From positions 1 to 43,329 of the forward strand of contig JAKPZB010000091.1 of the NCBI GenBank assembly GCA_029560215.1: 43,329 nucleotides of DNA, given 5' to 3'. Positions within the stretch are counted from its first letter, which is position 1. The number at the start of each line of letters is the position of its first letter. Under the pieces are notes generated by a model. It was given only the letters and a program-made list of their open reading frames with translations. It was not told the DNA's origin and made no database searches. Made by a program: the position numbers and the translations under genes. This document shows, one piece after another, positions 38,685-43,329 of this stretch. Origin of the DNA: Methanobacteriota archaeon. GTDB lineage: Archaea > Thermoplasmatota > Thermoplasmata > Methanomassiliicoccales > UBA472.

Positions 38685-39815
38685 ATGAGCTTGATCGGTG
38701 CTGAGACGTTCAACTGGGAGGACGGGAACAAGCGGAACAACATCATGTACCGCATGCCCCGCAACATAAAGTTCAACGACAACATCGTGGTCCGCGAGGA
38801 CGAGATCGCCGTGTTCTATCGGGACGGGAAGGCCTTCGCCTACCTGGACCGTCCGGACCGTTACGCCCTCACCTCCTTGAACGCGCCTATAATCGGCAAG
38901 GTCATCGAGGCCTTATCTGGCGCCAGGCAGCAGGCCGAGATCGTTTACCTGCAGAAGAGGGCCTTCGACGGGAAATACGGAAGCAAGCAGCCCTACCAGT
39001 TCCGCGACGCCGAGTTCGGGATGGTCAATCTGCGGGTGTTCGGCGAGTTCCGTTACAAGGTAGGCGCTCCGGAGAACTTCGTCAACCAGTTCGTGGGAAC
39101 CTTCAACTTCACCACCTCCGCCGAGGTCGAGGACCGCATAAAGGAGCAGATGGTGGTGCTCATCTACAACGCCATCGGCGAGCTCAAGAACAAGGGCATG
39201 GGAGTGGCCGACCTGGCCAGCCAGCTCATGAACATCGAGCAGGTCGTTCTGGCGAAGGCCAAAGATCACTTCGAGCTCTACGGCGTGCTGATCGACAAGG
39301 TCTCGGGAATGTACATCTCCCTGCCCGACGAGGTGCAGAAGGCGGTGGACATGAGGGCCTCCATGCAGATCCTGAACACCAACTATGCCACCTACCAGGC
39401 CGGACAGGCCATGCGCGAGGCGGCCTCCAACCCCTCGGGCGGGGCCGCGGCGGCTGGTGTCGGGGTCGGCGCTGGTTTCGGCGCGGGATACATGATGGTC
39501 GATGCTATGAGACAGGGCGGGACCGCTCCGCCGGCTGGTGGCGCTCCCGCTCCCGCGGCGGCGGCCGTTCCAACGGTCGCCTGCCCCAAGTGCGGCACTC
39601 CCAACCCCGCGGACGGCAAGTTCTGCCGCAACTGCGGGAACAAGATGCAGAACAACACCGTGAAATGCGGAAAATGCGGCAACGAGGTGCCGTCAGACTC
39701 CAAGTTCTGTCCGGAATGCGGCAACCAGCTCAAAGGCAGCAAGAACTGCCCCAAGTGCGGAAAGGAGTCGCCGACCAACGCCAAGTTCTGTCCGGAGTGT
39801 GGTACTAGCTTCTAA
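38685..39815 (+). CDS. SPFH/band-7 (YdjI-like) protein with three C-terminal Zn ribbons
   Basis: IVVREDEIAVFYRDGK, FRD.EFG.V.LR.FG.F, ISLP.EVQKA.D and a Gly/Ala-rich GVGVGAGFG segment, then 3x CxxCG-x9-FCxxCG. Confidence 0.88.
   Translation: MSLIGAETFNWEDGNKRNNIMYRMPRNIKFNDNIVVREDEIAVFYRDGKAFAYLDRPDRYALTSLNAPIIGKVIEALSGARQQAEIVYLQKRAFDGKYGSKQPYQFRDAEFGMVNLRVFGEFRYKVGAPENFVNQFVGTFNFTTSAEVEDRIKEQMVVLIYNAIGELKNKGMGVADLASQLMNIEQVVLAKAKDHFELYGVLIDKVSGMYISLPDEVQKAVDMRASMQILNTNYATYQAGQAMREAASNPSGGAAAAGVGVGAGFGAGYMMVDAMRQGGTAPPAGGAPAPAAAAVPTVACPKCGTPNPADGKFCRNCGNKMQNNTVKCGKCGNEVPSDSKFCPECGNQLKGSKNCPKCGKESPTNAKFCPECGTSF
39582..39803 (+). repeat. Three tandem Zn-ribbon coding repeats within the SPFH gene
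   Basis: CPKCGTPNPADGKFCRNCG / CGKCGNEVPSDSKFCPECG / CPKCGKESPTNAKFCPECG. Confidence 0.8.
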
Positions 39816-39824
39816 GGTGATCCG

Positions 39825-40568
39825 ATGGCCAGTATGAAGTGCACCAAATGCGGGGCTCCGGTGGAGTTCGATACCGGCGACAAGTTCGTCAAGTGCTCCT
39901 ACTGCTCCTCGCAGATCTTCATCGACCGGTCCGGGGCCGGCTTCTATTATGCGTTACCGTTCTCCGTCCAGGAGAACGATGCGGTGGGCATCTTCCGCCG
40001 CTGGGCGGGCGGTTCCACCAGGGCCAAGGACCTGGACAAGCTGGCCCAGATATCCTCGCTTAAGAAACAGTACTTCCCGGTCTACATGTTCAAGCGGGAC
40101 GTGAACGGGATGGAGCAGGTTTACGTGGAACCGGCCGCGTCCACCACCCTGCCTGGGCTGCACAGCCTCAAGGTCCCGGGAGGCGACCTCAAGGTGTTCG
40201 ACGATAAGTTCAGCACCAACGGGGCGGAGATGATCAAGATCGACATCGAGATGGCCCCCTATCTGAGCAACCTACCCGGCGCGCCCAAGGAGCAGGCGCT
40301 GGTGTACTTCCCCATTTGGAAGCTGGATTACGTCTTCGAGCAGAAGAACTACGTGGTGGTCATCAGCGCCTCTTCGGGAGAGGTGTTCTCCGCGGAGTTC
40401 CCGCCGCGCAGCTCGGCGGCGTACATCGCGGTGGCCGGAATAGGCTTCCTGGCCTTCCTGGCCGAAGGAATATTGGCATTGTTCTCGCCGCTATTGGCGG
40501 TGGGGTTGATCGCTGTCACCATCGCGGGCGTGTTCGTCGCGTCCAACTTCGTCGCCAGGAGGATGTGA
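39825..40568 (+). CDS. Zn-ribbon membrane protein (YdjG-like), paralog 1
   Basis: CTKCGA...CSYC, YFPVY and YFPIW..Y..ISASSGEV, with two C-terminal TM helices. Confidence 0.8.
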   Translation: MASMKCTKCGAPVEFDTGDKFVKCSYCSSQIFIDRSGAGFYYALPFSVQENDAVGIFRRWAGGSTRAKDLDKLAQISSLKKQYFPVYMFKRDVNGMEQVYVEPAASTTLPGLHSLKVPGGDLKVFDDKFSTNGAEMIKIDIEMAPYLSNLPGAPKEQALVYFPIWKLDYVFEQKNYVVVISASSGEVFSAEFPPRSSAAYIAVAGIGFLAFLAEGILALFSPLLAVGLIAVTIAGVFVASNFVARRM

Positions 40569-40570
40569 GC

Positions 40571-41575
40571 GTGTCCATCAGCGTAGGTTTGAACTGTCCG
40601 GCCTGCGGAGGCGCCATCCAGATCAGCGAGGGGGAGAACGTCCTTAACTGCAATTACTGCGGTTCGCTGCTGTGGGCGGAAGGGGACGCCGGGGTGATGA
40701 CCGTGGCCTTCCGCAATGCTCAAGGCCGGGATAGCGTCCTCCGGGCCACCGAGGAATGGTGGCGCAAGGGTTTCAAGGCGAGGGACCTCAGGACCAAAGG
40801 GAAGCTCCTGGAATGCTATCCGATATACCTGCCTTTCTGGAGCACCACCACTCGGGTGGCGGGTTGGATATGCGGTTATGAGGAGAGGCATCACACCGAC
40901 CGCAACGGGAACACTCGTACGGAACGAATACCCAAGGAGGAGATGGTCCTCCACGATTACCGATACACCAACATCGCCTGCGACCCTGGCGATCTGGGCG
41001 TAAAGTTTCTCAGGAACGTGAGCGGCGAGGCTTCGTTCGCCGACTTCGAGAGCATTCCCACCTTCGAGAGCACCACCAGCAAGGACGATATGGTGGAGAT
41101 GTCCAAGCAGAACGCCCTGAGCGACGCGAGGAGCGACGCCAACGTTCCGCACATAACCTTCGAGAAGGTGACGGCGATACCGAAGCAGATAAGTCAGATA
41201 TTCTACCCGGTCTGGGTCGTCCGCTACTCCTACGGGGAGAGGATGTACATGGCCACCGTGGACGGGGTGACCGGGAAGGTGCTGTCCGGGCGGGCTCCGG
41301 GCGACGCGCTCTACCAGAGCTTGGCCATGACCGGGGGCACCTCCGTGAGCGGACTTATCGCCGCCGGCTCCATAGCCTTCGGGATCGGCTCGGGCGAGGG
41401 GACCATAGCCATAATCGGCCTGGTGGTGGGGGCGGCGGTCCTGGGCTTCACCTACCGCTTCTTCCGACACGGCTCGGAGATAATCGAGGGCGATTTCGAC
41501 GATAAACGCTCCTCCGACCTGGGCAAGGAGCTGCGCAAAGGATTGAAATTCAATGTGGGAGGGTTCCGGATATGA
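40571..41575 (+). CDS. Zn-ribbon membrane protein (YdjG-like), paralog 2
   Basis: CPACGG...CNYCG, YLPFW and FYPVW..RY..VDGVTGKV, with two C-terminal TM helices. GTG start after AGGAGG. Confidence 0.8.
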   Translation: MSISVGLNCPACGGAIQISEGENVLNCNYCGSLLWAEGDAGVMTVAFRNAQGRDSVLRATEEWWRKGFKARDLRTKGKLLECYPIYLPFWSTTTRVAGWICGYEERHHTDRNGNTRTERIPKEEMVLHDYRYTNIACDPGDLGVKFLRNVSGEASFADFESIPTFESTTSKDDMVEMSKQNALSDARSDANVPHITFEKVTAIPKQISQIFYPVWVVRYSYGERMYMATVDGVTGKVLSGRAPGDALYQSLAMTGGTSVSGLIAAGSIAFGIGSGEGTIAIIGLVVGAAVLGFTYRFFRHGSEIIEGDFDDKRSSDLGKELRKGLKFNVGGFRI

Positions 41576-42159
41576 AGGTAATCCAGATCAAGTGCCCCCG
41601 CTGCCAACAGCCCATCTACTCCAAGGTCAAGGACCGGGCGTTCTACTGCAATCATTGCCGCACCATGCACATCCGCAACGGAGGGCAGGAGGTCATCGAC
41701 TTCGATATCGGCGAGTTCAACGTCAACGCTCCGGCCGACCGCCTGTACATGCCTTTCTGGAGGCTGTTCTCCGCGTTCTCCATCAACCAGTCCAAGGTGG
41801 CCGGGGGCACCATCCACAAGCTGGGCCGGATGATCAAGGGCGAGGCCAACGGCGGCAACCTGTTCATCTACGTTCCCGCCTGGGAGACCGAGGTCAACGA
41901 GTTCAAGCACTGGTCCGTCGGTCTCACCGAAAATCAGCCGATGTACTCGCTGCGCTCGGACTTCAACAACGTGGAGAGGTGGCCTACCACGATGTCCAAG
42001 GAGGAGGCCATGCAACTGGCCGATTTCGTCATCGTAACCATGGAGGCGGAGCGTCCTGGCGTCCTTCAATACCTCGATTACGGGTTGCAGGTTCACGACG
42101 CCCGTTTGGTGTATCTGCCGTTCGTCCGCGGACCGTCGGGCCTGGCTCCCGGCTTCTGA
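41572..42159 (+). CDS. Soluble Zn-ribbon protein, paralog 3
   Basis: CPRC...CNHC, LYMPFW and VYLPF, with no TM segment. ATGA coupling to the upstream gene. Confidence 0.78.
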   Translation: MKVIQIKCPRCQQPIYSKVKDRAFYCNHCRTMHIRNGGQEVIDFDIGEFNVNAPADRLYMPFWRLFSAFSINQSKVAGGTIHKLGRMIKGEANGGNLFIYVPAWETEVNEFKHWSVGLTENQPMYSLRSDFNNVERWPTTMSKEEAMQLADFVIVTMEAERPGVLQYLDYGLQVHDARLVYLPFVRGPSGLAPGF

Positions 42160-42300
42160 GCATAGAATCATTTGGGGCGGGGGACGGAAGGGGGGAGGAG
42201 AGAGCAATTCTGGATTGCCAAAACCATTCCAGGTTTATTCCTCCGGCTCAACAACCTTTAACTAATCTCTTATTAATCAGCCAAAAAGTCAGGTGCACAG

Positions 42301-43329
42301 ATGTCCACAAGGTCCAGCGAGATAGAGGCGAAGTGGCAGGAGCGTTGGTACGCCGCGCGCATCAACGAGGTCGAGAACGACGGCCGGCCCAAGTTCATGT
42401 TGATCTTCGCCTACCCTGGCGTGACCGGATATCTGCACGTCGGGCACATGCGCGGCTTCACCTACGTGGACGCCATCGCCCGCTTCAAGCGTTTGGAAGG
42501 TTACAACGTCATGTTCCCGGTGGGAGCCCACGCCACCGGCAACGGCGCGATAAGCCTGGCCGCCCGCATCGCCCGGCGGGACCAGAAGACCATCGACTAC
42601 CTTTGCGGCAACACCTGCCCGGTGGACATGCTCGACTCGCTGAAGGACCCCGTGAAGGTCGTGGAGTTCTTCAACGAGGTGTACGTGAATCAGTACTGGA
42701 AGCGCTTCGGTTTCATGTGCGACTGGCGGCGCTTCACCTCCACGGTGAGGCCGGACTACCAGATGTTCATCCAGTGGCAGTTCCGCAAGCTGATGGAGAA
42801 GGGGCTGCTCATCCAGAAGCCCTACTTCGCCCCCGCCTGCGTCACTCACGGCCCGGTGGCCATCGACGCCTCGGAAACGGACATACAGTGCGGCGGTACG
42901 GCCGAAACGGTGGAATACACCCTGTTGAAGTTCAAGTGCGGGGACATGTACCTGGTGGCCGCCACCCTGCGGCCGGAGACGGTGTTCGGACAGACCAACT
43001 TCTGGGTGAACCCGAACGTCGATTACCTCAAGATCAAGGTCCGGAACGAGATCTGGGTGGTCAGCGAGGACGCCTATCTCAAGCTCACCTACCAGATGGA
43101 CGGCGTGGAGAAGGTCGGGTCGGTGAAAGGTTCCGAGCTGATCGGGCTCAAGTGCCTGGCGCCCATGGTCCACCGGGAGATACCGACCCTGCCGGCGGAC
43201 TTCGTCGATCCCAATGTGGGGACCGGGCTGGTAACCTCCGTGCCTTCCGACTCGCCGGATGACTGGATATCCCTGAGGGCGGTGCAGCGGACGACGCCCT
43301 GCTCGACCGTTTCGGCCTGGACAAGGCGG
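42301..43329 (+). CDS. leuS: Leucine--tRNA ligase, N-terminal part (runs off the window end)
   Basis: My translation gives IEAKWQERW, AYPGVTGYLHVGH (HIGH), DWRRFTST, AATLRPETVFGQTN and GTGLVTSVPSDSP (editing domain). There is no stop before the end, so the ORF track omits it. Confidence 0.95.
   Translation, partial: MSTRSSEIEAKWQERWYAARINEVENDGRPKFMLIFAYPGVTGYLHVGHMRGFTYVDAIARFKRLEGYNVMFPVGAHATGNGAISLAARIARRDQKTIDYLCGNTCPVDMLDSLKDPVKVVEFFNEVYVNQYWKRFGFMCDWRRFTSTVRPDYQMFIQWQFRKLMEKGLLIQKPYFAPACVTHGPVAIDASETDIQCGGTAETVEYTLLKFKCGDMYLVAATLRPETVFGQTNFWVNPNVDYLKIKVRNEIWVVSEDAYLKLTYQMDGVEKVGSVKGSELIGLKCLAPMVHREIPTLPADFVDPNVGTGLVTSVPSDSPDDWISLRAVQRTTPCSTVSAWTRR

Noticed and set aside
42168-42227. 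19-aa minus-strand micro-ORF MVLAIQNCSLLPPSVPRPK with GGAGG upstream
   Set aside because: It is too short, the RBS spacing is long (~12 nt), and it coincides with the structured/pyrimidine tract. There is no independent support.
1-43329. CRISPR arrays, IS elements, prophage/provirus, rRNA, known defence systems
   Set aside because: I saw no repeat-spacer periodicity, transposase, integrase, capsid or rRNA-like sequence.

Overview
This is a GC-rich, gene-dense archaeal chromosomal segment. Gene content points to Thermoplasmata, probably Methanomassiliicoccales (inference from VorCBA, AksF-like dehydrogenase, DUF835 domain, archaeal MAT, rpo7-spt4-DPCK-rps24e-rps27ae). I call 47 complete CDS, a 3'-truncated leuS and one tRNA-Arg(CCG), and see no mobile element or CRISPR array. 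Most genes are housekeeping. The most unusual features are: (1) an IleRS with a ~335-aa C-terminal appendage of two helix-hairpin-helix modules, a Zn ribbon and a DUF835 (inactive KaiC-like) domain; (2) an aconitase X swivel subunit fused to a Nudix hydrolase; (3) a five-gene operon with a helical protein, an SPFH/triple-Zn-ribbon protein and three paralogous Zn-ribbon YxP(F/x)W proteins, resembling a YdjGI-type membrane-stress module without a recognisable PspA; (4) an atypical kinase locus bracketed by two paralogous ~60-aa proteins; and (5) two intergenic candidate structured RNAs. All family assignments come from motif recognition by eye, not from database searches.
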